DNA from: a virus
Taxonomy: Duplodnaviria; Caudoviricetes
Length of the DNA stretch: 64,000 nucleotides
Strand: one strand, 5' to 3'
IMG/VR virus record: IMGVR_UViG_3300042260_000337
Below, piece after piece: positions 20,440-28,780 of this stretch (its first letter is position 1; each line of letters starts with the position of its first letter). Below the pieces are notes generated by a model. The model saw only the letters and a list, made by a program, of their open reading frames with translations, was not told the origin of the DNA and did no database searches. Both the position numbers and the translations under genes were made by a program.

Positions 20440-21602
20440 TATCTTGCTCCTGGTGTCCAACGATGTCTTGGAACAAACTTCACGTTGCCAAACTCTTTTT
20501 TGTCATCGCCATAGCGAACACGACCTTCGCCATTTGTATCCCAAATCTCGCCCTGTTCGCCTTCTACTTGGTCAATCACTTCATTCTTCATATTCTGAAT
20601 CATCTTGACCAATGTGAATATTTTGTCCAACGCATTGTTGTTTGCATCATTCAGTTGTATGATTTTTTCTTGCTTAGAAGGCGATACCTTGCTGGATTTC
20701 AACCAATCAAAGAATAATGGTTCACCGAGTTGGTCAAGTTTTTTAGCACCAGCGGTTTGATTTACAAAACGATAGATAATATCTTTCAGATCGCTCAAGC
20801 CTTTGACACTTTCTAAGAACGCATCAATAGGCTTAGAGTTCTGTGCAACGTATTTTTCAACATCACTGATTGCTGATGTGTCTACTTTTACTGGTTTTGT
20901 ATTATATATTGGACCCAACACGATTAGTTTTGTTGAGCCGTTGAACATGGAGAAATCAGAGATTGGTTCTTGTGAATGGTCTGGCATACCAAACTCTGGG
21001 AAGTATGCATGTCCAACAACCATTACATTCGCAGCAGAAATACGGCGACCAAGTTCACTATCTTGTCTCACATGGTAACAAGTATTTGATTTTGGATTTG
21101 GACAGAACGTATAGATTCCATCTTTGAGTTCTGGGCGGTCAAGAAATAGAGAATCTGCATACACAAAGCCAACAAAGTCTTTCGGTGTGGCAGCATCAAA
21201 CAACGGATAGAGTCCTGCAAACTTTTTTGCAAAAGCATCACGTTGTTGCTTTTCCTCATCTGATGCAGGAGAACCAGATTTGTTTGCAATGAAGTCGATC
21301 AAATCTTCTGGGTTGTCTGTTTTTGCACCACGTGACCAGCCGTTGTGACCAGCTAATATAAGTGGACCGCCTTTGGTTTCACGTCCCCAATACACTTGTG
21401 GATTACCATCCCACTTCATACGAATAGATTTTGAACCTTCGTCAGTGGCAACATCTTTCAAATGTTCCAATGCTTCAATGGTTCCTTTACTTCCGTAAAA
21501 GAATACCAAATCTTCTAAGTGGTTGAACGCACGACCAAGTTGCTTGTTTTCCGCAACATACCGTCTGGTATACGTTTCTGCGATTATTTCTGAAAATCTC
21601 AT
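20439..21602 (-). CDS. ligase/capping-like nucleotidyltransferase-fold protein (DUF6267-like)
   Basis: HLEDL and MKWDG (KxDG motif I), EG and KFV motifs near C-terminus; start MRFSEIIAE after GATAAATA at 21629-21636. Confidence 0.6.
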   Translation of the reverse strand: MRFSEIIAETYTRRYVAENKQLGRAFNHLEDLVFFYGSKGTIEALEHLKDVATDEGSKSIRMKWDGNPQVYWGRETKGGPLILAGHNGWSRGAKTDNPEDLIDFIANKSGSPASDEEKQQRDAFAKKFAGLYPLFDAATPKDFVGFVYADSLFLDRPELKDGIYTFCPNPKSNTCYHVRQDSELGRRISAANVMVVGHAYFPEFGMPDHSQEPISDFSMFNGSTKLIVLGPIYNTKPVKVDTSAISDVEKYVAQNSKPIDAFLESVKGLSDLKDIIYRFVNQTAGAKKLDQLGEPLFFDWLKSSKVSPSKQEKIIQLNDANNNALDKIFTLVKMIQNMKNEVIDQVEGEQGEIWDTNGEGRVRYGDDKKEFGNVKFVPRHRWTPGAR

Positions 21603-21649
21603 TTCTGTCCTTCCATAAACTATTACAGTATTTATCATTCTGTCCATAT

Positions 21650-21680
21650 AAAAAAACCCCGCCGAAGCGAGGTTGTTTTT
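21650..21680 (-). terminator. Rho-independent terminator
   Basis: AACCUCGC-UUCG-GCGGGGUU plus U7. Confidence 0.8.
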
Positions 21681-21693
21681 GGTTTAGATTTTT

Positions 21694-22176
21694 TTAGGAC
21701 ACTTTGACGAGAGTGCGATTATGAAGCCGTTGAATGTTGTATCCACCAGCAAGGATAGTTTTGATAGTGACGATGTGACCAGCAACATTGAAGTAGCCTT
21801 CAACACCATCACTGCACTCAACCAGTTCAAAGTCGGGGATTTCAGTGATGCCTTTTTTATTCAGGGCGGCGATGATATTGGCGTCACGCTTTGCAATCAG
21901 AGCATTGGTGTTTTTAGCCATATTGGCAAGACCACCTTCGCGACCATGACCAACCAGAAGGTTCCACATTGCTTTGGAACCAAAGTGGGCGATAGCAGCC
22001 ATGCCACTATCAAACCGACCGAAGCCAGAATCAAACGGGCCACCAGCTTTGTGGTTGGCGCGGGATTTCTCAATAAACTCTTTCAGGGTGTCAAGTTTAT
22101 GAGCCGCCCATTCTTGGTCTGCGGCATGGAGACGAGCGTTGACTTCGGCAAAGGCGGCTGCAAGTTTCTCTTTCAT
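21694..22176 (-). CDS. hypothetical early protein
   Basis: start moved to MKEKLAA; preceded by a TTGACC-type promoter. Confidence 0.7.
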   Translation of the reverse strand: MKEKLAAAFAEVNARLHAADQEWAAHKLDTLKEFIEKSRANHKAGGPFDSGFGRFDSGMAAIAHFGSKAMWNLLVGHGREGGLANMAKNTNALIAKRDANIIAALNKKGITEIPDFELVECSDGVEGYFNVAGHIVTIKTILAGGYNIQRLHNRTLVKVS

Positions 22177-22234
22177 TCTTCGCTCCTGATTCGTCGTCCC
22201 TACAAAGATAATATACGACAATCAGCGAGTGAGG

Positions 22235-22531
22235 TCAATCGTTATTTTGCAGATTTTTCCATTTTTCTGCTTCTTGAAGATGATTGGAAATGACAGAAAC
22301 AATTTCTTGCTTGAACTGGTCATCGTCATCATCGCTATCAACAGTAATCGTGATTATGTTAGAGTAATGCCCATCGTAGTCCGATATCACTCCCATGTTT
22401 GCCAGCTTTGTATACAACGTATCACTAGCATTACAGGCATCATTCCACGCACTTTCGTAGTCAAGCAATGCTTCAAACTGTGGCATCGTTACAGTCAATG
22501 CATAGGTGGTTGACATTTTTTCAAATACCAT
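22235..22531 (-). CDS. hypothetical protein
   Basis: 98-aa ORF, AAGG SD, TTGACA promoter near 22587. Confidence 0.65.
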   Translation of the reverse strand: MVFEKMSTTYALTVTMPQFEALLDYESAWNDACNASDTLYTKLANMGVISDYDGHYSNIITITVDSDDDDDQFKQEIVSVISNHLQEAEKWKNLQNND

Positions 22532-22595
22532 GATGGCGTTCCCTTATTTGTGGCTATGAGTTCAATATAACTGAATGATGGATGGTTGTCAAATG

Positions 22596-22620
22596 AAAAA
22601 AGACCCCGAAGGGTCTTTTT
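22596..22620 (-). terminator. Rho-independent terminator (bidirectional shape)
   Basis: A6-GACCC-CGAA-GGGTC-T5 on the plus strand. Confidence 0.75.
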
Positions 22621-22828
22621 ACCAGAACTTCCACCAAGGAGAGGGCTGTTCCTGAATTACTTCCAATGCTTCTTGGCATTCTACGACTGCATCCCAGTCA
22701 CCAATCTGCTTATAGTTTTTTATTCTCTTTTTTATCTGTTTAGTTGTCCAGTAAAACATTTTGCCTTGTTCGTTTTCAAATACGCCAACGACATTTAGCT
22801 TTCGGACATCAACGTAACGAAATCTCAT
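22619..22828 (-). CDS. hypothetical protein
   Basis: start MRFRY with GGAG SD. Confidence 0.6.
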   Translation of the reverse strand: MRFRYVDVRKLNVVGVFENEQGKMFYWTTKQIKKRIKNYKQIGDWDAVVECQEALEVIQEQPSPWWKFW

Positions 22829-22879
22829 TTTTTGTCTCCAACTCACTATATATTTAGTATAATGAGAGGAAGAAATATA

Positions 22880-23158
22880 CTATGAGGTTATTTCTTTGAT
22901 CCATTCTTCGTATCCGATTTCAAACGGGCGAATAGGAAATGATAGTGTCCAAGTTGATTGAGCATCAATTGTTTCCCCGCCAAACTGCATATGAAGATAT
23001 ACGATGCCTTTTTTGGGAATCCATTCAAACTCTACAGGGTCAATGGTTGATTTGTAAAACTCATTGCTGCATATTTTACGAGCGATGGATATCAACTCTT
23101 TTGGTTTGAACTTTGGCTGATATGATTGTTTGGGAAATTTTGGTTTGTATGGTAACAT
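22880..23158 (-). CDS. hypothetical protein
   Basis: 92-aa ORF ending in TAG. Confidence 0.55.
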   Translation of the reverse strand: MLPYKPKFPKQSYQPKFKPKELISIARKICSNEFYKSTIDPVEFEWIPKKGIVYLHMQFGGETIDAQSTWTLSFPIRPFEIGYEEWIKEITS

Positions 23159-23217
23159 ATTACACTTTTGTGATTATGGCGGATGAGGTGAGATTCTAAA
23201 TCTCACCTCATTATAAA

Positions 23218-23309
23218 TGGCGGAAGTGGTAGGATTTGAACCCACGGAACGCTCTCACGTTCGTCCGCTTTCAAGGCGGATGCAATCAGCCAGACTCTGC
23301 CACACTTCC
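23218..23309 (-). tRNA. trnS: tRNA-Ser(UGA)
   Basis: cloverleaf with long variable arm, anticodon loop CUUGAAA, encoded CCA. Confidence 0.95.
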
Positions 23310-23765
23310 GTTATTCTTATTCTTGGCTTTATAGGTAGGCAATTGACTATCGCAATTACTACACACAAACCTCAAATTTTCTAACCTATTATCATTATTT
23401 ATCCCATTTATATGATCTAGGATAAGTGGCATTGGCTTTCCATTCCATAGTGGACCAATGCCACAACAATCACACATATAAGGAATCATTTTTTGATCAA
23501 TAATTCTTTTTTTCAGTCTATGCCTTGCATACGTAGATTTTTCTACAAATACGTCTTCGTCGCATCGGCGTATGGATTGTTGATAGTCAGTTAGTTCTAT
23601 ATTCTTTCCCTTGTTCCAAGGGATATTGCCTTTTTTTACCCCTGCATTTGGGCTTCTCACTGCCTTGACACGATCTGGATTATCTTGGCAGTGTTTTTCG
23701 TGTCTTGCGTTTGCACCAATGTTACTTGTTTTTCTGGAACAATATCTACAAATATAAATATTCAT
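23286..23765 (-). CDS. HNH homing endonuclease with Zn-binding N-terminus
   Basis: CDCCG...LILDHINGINNDNRLENLRFVCSNCDSQ; late motif GATAAATA at 23829-23836; stop codon lies inside tRNA-Ser. Confidence 0.85.
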   Translation of the reverse strand: MNIYICRYCSRKTSNIGANARHEKHCQDNPDRVKAVRSPNAGVKKGNIPWNKGKNIELTDYQQSIRRCDEDVFVEKSTYARHRLKKRIIDQKMIPYMCDCCGIGPLWNGKPMPLILDHINGINNDNRLENLRFVCSNCDSQLPTYKAKNKNNGSVAESG

Positions 23766-24113
23766 ACTGGAAATCTCCCTTTGAATTTCTAGAGTAGATG
23801 GGAACGGCAATTCCGCGATCTACACTATTATTTATCAAAGTAGTAACAAACCAACGCGATAAACCCAATAGGGTAAAATGCATATTTATTTATCTTTGTT
23901 ACAAGACTGATGGGTATAAACATGCAAAAACCCGATTATGTTATACGCATATTATAGAGGCCATCAGCGTAATCTGCATTCGAAGTGCAGCACGACTTAC
24001 GGGCATAGAAGCGATTCATATAACCCTCTAATTTATATCAGTATCAACGAGGATTGATACCAGTGATACTGCCACTCCTAACTCCAAAATGTTAGGCGGC
24101 AGTCACATATAGT

Positions 24114-24190
24114 TGGTAGCGCATACGGGTTTCGAACCCGTTTCTCCGCCTTGAAAGGGCAGCGACCTTCGCCAAGAAGTCCAATGCGCC
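24114..24190 (-). tRNA. trnE: tRNA-Glu(UUC)
   Basis: cloverleaf, loop CUUUCAA, CCA. Confidence 0.93.
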
Positions 24191-24207
24191 AAAAAATTTA
24201 CGATGCT

Positions 24208-24411
24208 TTACTTATCAAGATACTTAGAAATCATTTCAAGAATGTCGTCATATTCGGCAACGATTTTGATTTCTTTTTCAATCGTGTCAATGATATCTGA
24301 ATGTTCACCAACGCCGACTGGGTTATTTAGATAGACTTCAATGTTCGCCAAGTGTTTGTCAATATGACCTTGGGCATGACTTTTGAGTGCCTTTAGAAGT
24401 GCTTCTTTCAT
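24208..24411 (-). CDS. conserved small phage protein (MKEALLKAL...NPVGVGEHSDII)
   Basis: AAGGA SD; start moved out of tRNA-Val. Confidence 0.7.
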   Translation of the reverse strand: MKEALLKALKSHAQGHIDKHLANIEVYLNNPVGVGEHSDIIDTIEKEIKIVAEYDDILEMISKYLDK

Positions 24412-24434
24412 CGTATTTCCTTTTTGAAGATTTT

Positions 24435-24509
24435 TGGTGCGGGATGAGAGGGTCGAACTCCCGACATCCTCGGTGTAAACGAGGCGCTCTACCACTGAGC
24501 TAATCCCGC
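24435..24509 (-). tRNA. trnV: tRNA-Val(UAC)
   Basis: cloverleaf, loop UUUACAC, CCA. Confidence 0.95.
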
Positions 24510-24513
24510 ACTA

Positions 24514-25212
24514 TTAGTTATTTATCAAGAACGCAATGGTGTCGTAATTAAAACCAATATGGTTGTTTATGACGTGATAATTGTTATTTTTCAATAATTC
24601 CAATGCTTCTAAATTATGAGTTTGATTTCCCGACGAACCTGTCTCAAATCTAATAAACTTTGGGTAAACACCGCCTCGCTTATTACATTCTTTCATCAAA
24701 TCTACAATGAGTTCTGAATCAGCGCCTTCTGCATCAATTTTTACATAGTCTACAGAGGTCACGTCATATGTGTCAAACAATACTTTCCATGATATGCATT
24801 TAACATCCTCACATGTAACCAATCCTTCTTTAAGAAGATTTCTACCATATACTGGTATTAGCTTTTTTTTGTTAGCTTTCGTTTGATTGTTTAAATGTGT
24901 TTGGAAATCATCAGTATAGAAATAATGAAAGTCGTGAGGGCTTCCAATTTTGTTACATCCTTTTAAAAAAAGACGCAACTTTTCTTTTTCTATAACTTCT
25001 GACTTGACATAGTAAATTTTTACATTATTTTCTGTTTTTAAGAGTTCATTTGGGACCATTGCCGCATGAACTTTTTTGACATTTTTTTTGTTTGGAAGAA
25101 CGTCTACATATTCACCAACTGCTTCTATGGATATTCCATAAATTTCATCGCTGCTTATTTCGCACAACGTGTCAAAGTCTGATGTTCCTACTTCTATAAA
25201 ATCATAATGCAA
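24514..25212 (-). CDS. FkbM-family methyltransferase
   Basis: FIEVGTSD, SIEAV and VDYVKIDAEGAD motifs. Confidence 0.7.
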   Translation of the reverse strand: MHYDFIEVGTSDFDTLCEISSDEIYGISIEAVGEYVDVLPNKKNVKKVHAAMVPNELLKTENNVKIYYVKSEVIEKEKLRLFLKGCNKIGSPHDFHYFYTDDFQTHLNNQTKANKKKLIPVYGRNLLKEGLVTCEDVKCISWKVLFDTYDVTSVDYVKIDAEGADSELIVDLMKECNKRGGVYPKFIRFETGSSGNQTHNLEALELLKNNNYHVINNHIGFNYDTIAFLINN

Positions 25213-25294
25213 TTATTATTCCAGTGACTTTTGTGTTTTTTTCAACGGGAAGTATGTTACCCGAATGGCATATTCAAATCATATGCTAGGATTT

Positions 25295-25369
25295 TGGAGC
25301 GGGCGATGAGATTCGAACTCACGACATTTTCGTTGGCAACGAAAGGCTCTACCACTGAGCTACACCCGC
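25295..25369 (-). tRNA. trnG: tRNA-Gly(GCC)
   Basis: cloverleaf, loop UUGCCAA, U73-CCA. Confidence 0.95.
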
Positions 25370-25425
25370 ATAGATTTGCATACTGGCATATACAAATTCG
25401 AAGTCCATAAAGGACACTTTGATAT

Positions 25426-25500
25426 TGGTGGAGAATAGGGGGTTCGAACCCCTGATTCAAGAGTGCAAATCTTGCGTGATCCCGATTTCACCAATTCCCC
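25426..25500 (-). tRNA. trnA: tRNA-Ala(UGC)
   Basis: cloverleaf, G3-U70 pair, loop UUUGCAC, CCA. Confidence 0.92.
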
Positions 25501-25933
25501 ATTTATTTTTTACCAACTCTGCTATTGTCGGTATAACCTCGTTTTTCCATTTACTGTGAACCATTTCATGATGATTTGGACACAATGGTATTAGATTTGT
25601 TGGATTGTTATTTTCGTGATTTTCATCTATGTGATGAATAGACACTATTTTATCAAATCCACATATAGCACATTCTTGCTTCCAGTGATTGAATGCGATA
25701 GTTCTGTAACTCACCGCGTTGTCAACCCACCAAGTTTTACGATTGTTCGCGCAACTGCGAGAACAAAAACGTGCATTTTTATATGCTTTTGTCTTTTCTC
25801 TACCATTCCAAATATATGAGTTGTTACAGCATTCACATATTTTTATGTGGTCTATAATGGGACCAAAGCGTTTATCGTTTTTAGCTTCTTGTAAAGCCTT
25901 GTATTGTTCAGTATGATATTTTCCGTTGTTCAT
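25457..25933 (-). CDS. HNH endonuclease
   Basis: CECC...FCSRSCAN Zn finger; CAICG...IHHIDENHENNNPTNLIPLCPNHHEMVH; GATAAATA at 25939-25946; stop inside tRNA-Ala. Confidence 0.85.
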   Translation of the reverse strand: MNNGKYHTEQYKALQEAKNDKRFGPIIDHIKICECCNNSYIWNGREKTKAYKNARFCSRSCANNRKTWWVDNAVSYRTIAFNHWKQECAICGFDKIVSIHHIDENHENNNPTNLIPLCPNHHEMVHSKWKNEVIPTIAELVKNKWGIGEIGITQDLHS

Positions 25934-25983
25934 ACTATTATTTATCAAAAAAGCGATATTCAATCGCTCTTTCCTCTATATTT

Positions 25984-26068
25984 TGGTGCGGGTAGAGGGA
26001 CTTGAACCCCCACACCTTACGGTGCCAGAACCTAAATCTGGTGCGTCTACCAATTTCGCCATACCCGC
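25984..26068 (-). tRNA. trnL: tRNA-Leu(UAG)
   Basis: type II cloverleaf, loop UUUAGGU, CCA. Confidence 0.95.
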
Positions 26069-26081
26069 ATTGTGAAGTTGA

Positions 26082-26157
<76 letters not shown>

Positions 26158-26191
26158 ACAATGAACTTCACATACTTATTTATCTTTTATA

Positions 26192-26458
26192 TCAAGAATC
26201 GGTAATTTTGTCAACAACTTTTTTCAAGTATTCGTAAGTTTCTTCGTAAGTCTTGAAAACTTTTGTTCCACTCTTACTTATCACTCTTACCGATGAACCA
26301 AAACATTGAACTAATCCAAAGTTTGGAAATCTACCATTGCCATTGAATCTGGCGTTCCATCTTGTTCTTCTTCTTACTGGTTCATGAAACTCATGTGGAA
26401 TGTTTAGTATCTCACTGCATTTCATGTAGAACTCTTCTTTTTCTGATAGTGTTTTCAT
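26192..26458 (-). CDS. hypothetical protein
   Basis: 88-aa ORF with GAGAGG SD. Confidence 0.7.
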   Translation of the reverse strand: MKTLSEKEEFYMKCSEILNIPHEFHEPVRRRTRWNARFNGNGRFPNFGLVQCFGSSVRVISKSGTKVFKTYEETYEYLKKVVDKITDS

Positions 26459-26551
26459 ATTATCCTCTCACATCAAACACGGTTTAGGCTCTACCGAAAA
26501 CCATAACAAGAGGTTACTTCGCAATCTAAATGCTACTAACATTGTCTATAT

Positions 26552-26625
26552 TGGAGCGGGTGACGGGAATCGAACCCGTGTCATTAGCTTGGAAGGCTAA
26601 GGTCTTACCATTACACAACACCCGC
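26552..26625 (-). tRNA. trnG: tRNA-Gly(UCC), copy 1
   Basis: cloverleaf, loop CUUCCAA, UCCA end. Confidence 0.92.
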
Positions 26626-26786
26626 ATAAAACTTATATCTAGACCCGATCTTTTCACCCCCAGAGCAAACAGAAGATTGACTGCATATATTTAGCGGCAA
26701 CCAGCGTCTATTATCTTTCCAAGTTAGCCCAACGGCAAGTCTCGCCCATGTCTCTTATGTGTTTCATCAGCAAGAATCTAGATTAT

Positions 26787-26860
26787 TGGAGCGGATAGTC
26801 GGGATCGAACCGACGACAAGAGATTGGAAATCTCGCATGTTACCCCTACACCATACCCGC
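26787..26860 (-). tRNA. trnG: tRNA-Gly(UCC), copy 2
   Basis: cloverleaf, loop UUUCCAA, UCCA end. Confidence 0.88.
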
Positions 26861-26908
26861 AGTGTTTTGACGGTGTTTGGTGACGCAGACCGACAACTGC
26901 TCCATAAA

Positions 26909-26985
26909 TGGTCGGGGTAAAAGGATTCGAACCCTTGACCTCTCGGACCCAAACCGAGCGCACTACCAGACTGTGCTACACCCCG
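26909..26985 (-). tRNA. trnP: tRNA-Pro(UGG), copy 1
   Basis: C1-G72, loop UUUGGGU, CCA. Confidence 0.93.
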
Positions 26986-27038
26986 TTGATTATTGTAGTA
27001 ATATACTACAATAAATGTTCTCTGTCAAGAACTAAATC

Positions 27039-27115
27039 TGGTCTGGGTAGTAGGATTTGAACCTACGGCCTCCGCAGTCCAAGTGCGGCACTCTACCAGA
27101 CTGAGCCATACCCAG
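27039..27115 (-). tRNA. trnP: tRNA-Pro(UGG), copy 2
   Basis: C1-G72, loop CUUGGAC, CCA. Confidence 0.92.
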
Positions 27116-27134
27116 ATAAAAAGTTATTTTTTGT

Positions 27135-27210
27135 TGGCTGGGAAGGGTGGGTTCGAACCACCAACCAACGGATTCAAAGTCCGCTACTCTACCAATTGAG
27201 CTACTTCCCA
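27135..27210 (-). tRNA. trnQ: tRNA-Gln(UUG)
   Basis: U1-A72, G73, loop CUUUGAA, CCA. Confidence 0.93.
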
Positions 27211-27219
27211 ACAATACTA

Positions 27220-27368
27220 CAGTGACATGCAGCTACTATTTCCCTCGGAAACGTTTGACTGTGTATGAAGTGTTGTTATAGACAGGGCTGTTTGCAGCTT
27301 TAACGTAAATCATACACAAGTGCAGAGGATCGCACGGTCTTCCCTCACAAGGGGAGATTATATCACTG
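27220..27368 (-). ncRNA. unassigned ~150-nt rod-shaped RNA candidate
   Basis: terminal stem CAGUGAUAU/AUGUCACUG and inner stem UGUGUAUGA/UCAUACACA; no ORF. Confidence 0.45.
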
Positions 27369-27459
27369 TCTAATCTAAATAGGTGTCCATTTAGAGTTTG
27401 GACAAACTTGGGGCTTCAAAAGCCACTCCACCACTTGCTTTTACAAAAGCAAGAAAATA

Positions 27460-27533
27460 TGGCGACCGATACGGGACTCGAACCCGTTTTACCTGGTAGA
27501 CAGCCAAGTGTAATACCCATATACCAATCGGCC
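27460..27533 (-). tRNA. trnD: tRNA-Asp(GUC)
   Basis: cloverleaf, G73, loop CUGUCUA, CCA. Confidence 0.9.
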
Positions 27534-27540
27534 AAACGGT

Positions 27541-27717
27541 TTAGCGTTTGTTGGTTGCTACGTCACGAATGACTTCAAGTGCTTCTTCAAGTGAAAGAAC
27601 AACTACCTTAGCAGATGCCCATTCTTCATTGTCATCGTATCCACGATATTCAATGATATATCCATTGTCTGCGAAGGCAATAGACATATCTTCTACTTTG
27701 TTTGTTACTTCTGCCAT
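27541..27717 (-). CDS. hypothetical acidic protein
   Basis: start MAEVTNK with AGAGG SD. Confidence 0.65.
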   Translation of the reverse strand: MAEVTNKVEDMSIAFADNGYIIEYRGYDDNEEWASAKVVVLSLEEALEVIRDVATNKR

Positions 27718-27827
27718 TGTTTCCTCTAAAGTTAATATGAGTGGCATTCCACCACTCCGTCAGGTTTGAGCACACGAGTCTCGGCTTCAGACTTCCCGAA
27801 TCCTTACGGCAAAAATACAGTTCACAG

Positions 27828-28523
27828 TTACGGGCTTTCACTCCCTGTATTCTTTTCTTTGGTCCACTGAACTATTGGATTTAAGTCTTTACCAGCCAGG
27901 GAATCTCTATTCAACTTATTTTCATAAGTGAGGGAAATCGGGCTTAAATCCTCATTAAAAAAGTGTTTACTCGTTACTTTAATCCACTCATTGAACTCTT
28001 CATCGTTTTCATACACAATCTTGTTGTGCGAAAACTTGTTACTAAACATACTCTGAACTGGTTCGTATCTAAACATACCCAACAAGAACTTTGCTTGATT
28101 GATTGCGTGTTCTTGTCTTCCGTATCTTTCGCCGTATACGGAATAGTAAGACTTTCCGCAGTCGGAACAAGTTACATATTTCTTTCTGAGTAAGTCTGAT
28201 ATTGACAGATTATACCAAAACTTTTCAATCTTGTCAAATCTTTTTCCTTGTAGAAATGCTAACGCAATCGTCAACGATCTATATTCTTGTGCAAGATAGT
28301 GATGTTTATTATTCAGGCAAGCAGCTACACCTTCGTGTCTTATACCTAACTTAGCAAGGTAATGGCCACCTTTGTTATCACTTCCAAGTTTGTGTCCATG
28401 TTCGCGTTGGTATTTGTGACCAGTTTTGTAATAGCCGCTTCTATCTTTTTTGAGTTCTTTGATTGATTTTTCCAAGAACTCTTTTCTATGTTGCAGTTTG
28501 ATTTTGGTTTCGTCAATATTCAT
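27828..28523 (-). CDS. hypothetical protein
   Basis: 231-aa ORF, ATGA coupling to the upstream gene. Confidence 0.7.
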   Translation of the reverse strand: MNIDETKIKLQHRKEFLEKSIKELKKDRSGYYKTGHKYQREHGHKLGSDNKGGHYLAKLGIRHEGVAACLNNKHHYLAQEYRSLTIALAFLQGKRFDKIEKFWYNLSISDLLRKKYVTCSDCGKSYYSVYGERYGRQEHAINQAKFLLGMFRYEPVQSMFSNKFSHNKIVYENDEEFNEWIKVTSKHFFNEDLSPISLTYENKLNRDSLAGKDLNPIVQWTKEKNTGSESP

Positions 28524-28780
28524 TTGTCTTCTCCATTTTGAATCAAAGCCTCATTGGACTCTGTAATACTAAGGTAACAGTTCTTGATTTTAATCGCACC
28601 TTTTGTGTGCGGGTTGTCAGGTGTTTCCTTAGTAGACCACCCTACTTCTGATATGACATGATTAACATAAAAGGTTTGACCTTTTGCTTTAACCACCCAC
28701 ATTGGAATAGTCGGGTCTTCAAGATGTTTTTTGTTGAAGTGAAATACTAACTCGTTGACTTTTGTTTTTTCAATCTACAT
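28520..28780 (-). CDS. conserved small phage protein with in-frame UAG at codon 2 (M*IEKTKVNELVFHFNKKHLEDPTIPMWVVKAKG...)
   Basis: AGAAAGGA SD-ATG(28778-80)-TAG(28775-77), then 84 sense codons in frame with track ORF 28520..28702, whose own ATG lacks an SD. Confidence 0.65.

Noticed and set aside
22619-23158. Readthrough fusion of 22880..23158 (TAG stop) with the in-frame downstream ORF
   Set aside because: The 11-codon linker is AT-rich and promoter-like, and the downstream gene has its own GGAG SD; an in-frame open spacer this short is likely chance
27400-27835. Twister-like ribozyme in spacers sharing AGUGGUGGA(G/A)UG and AAGCCC
   Set aside because: Could not build the two twister pseudoknots; the similarity is short and may be chance
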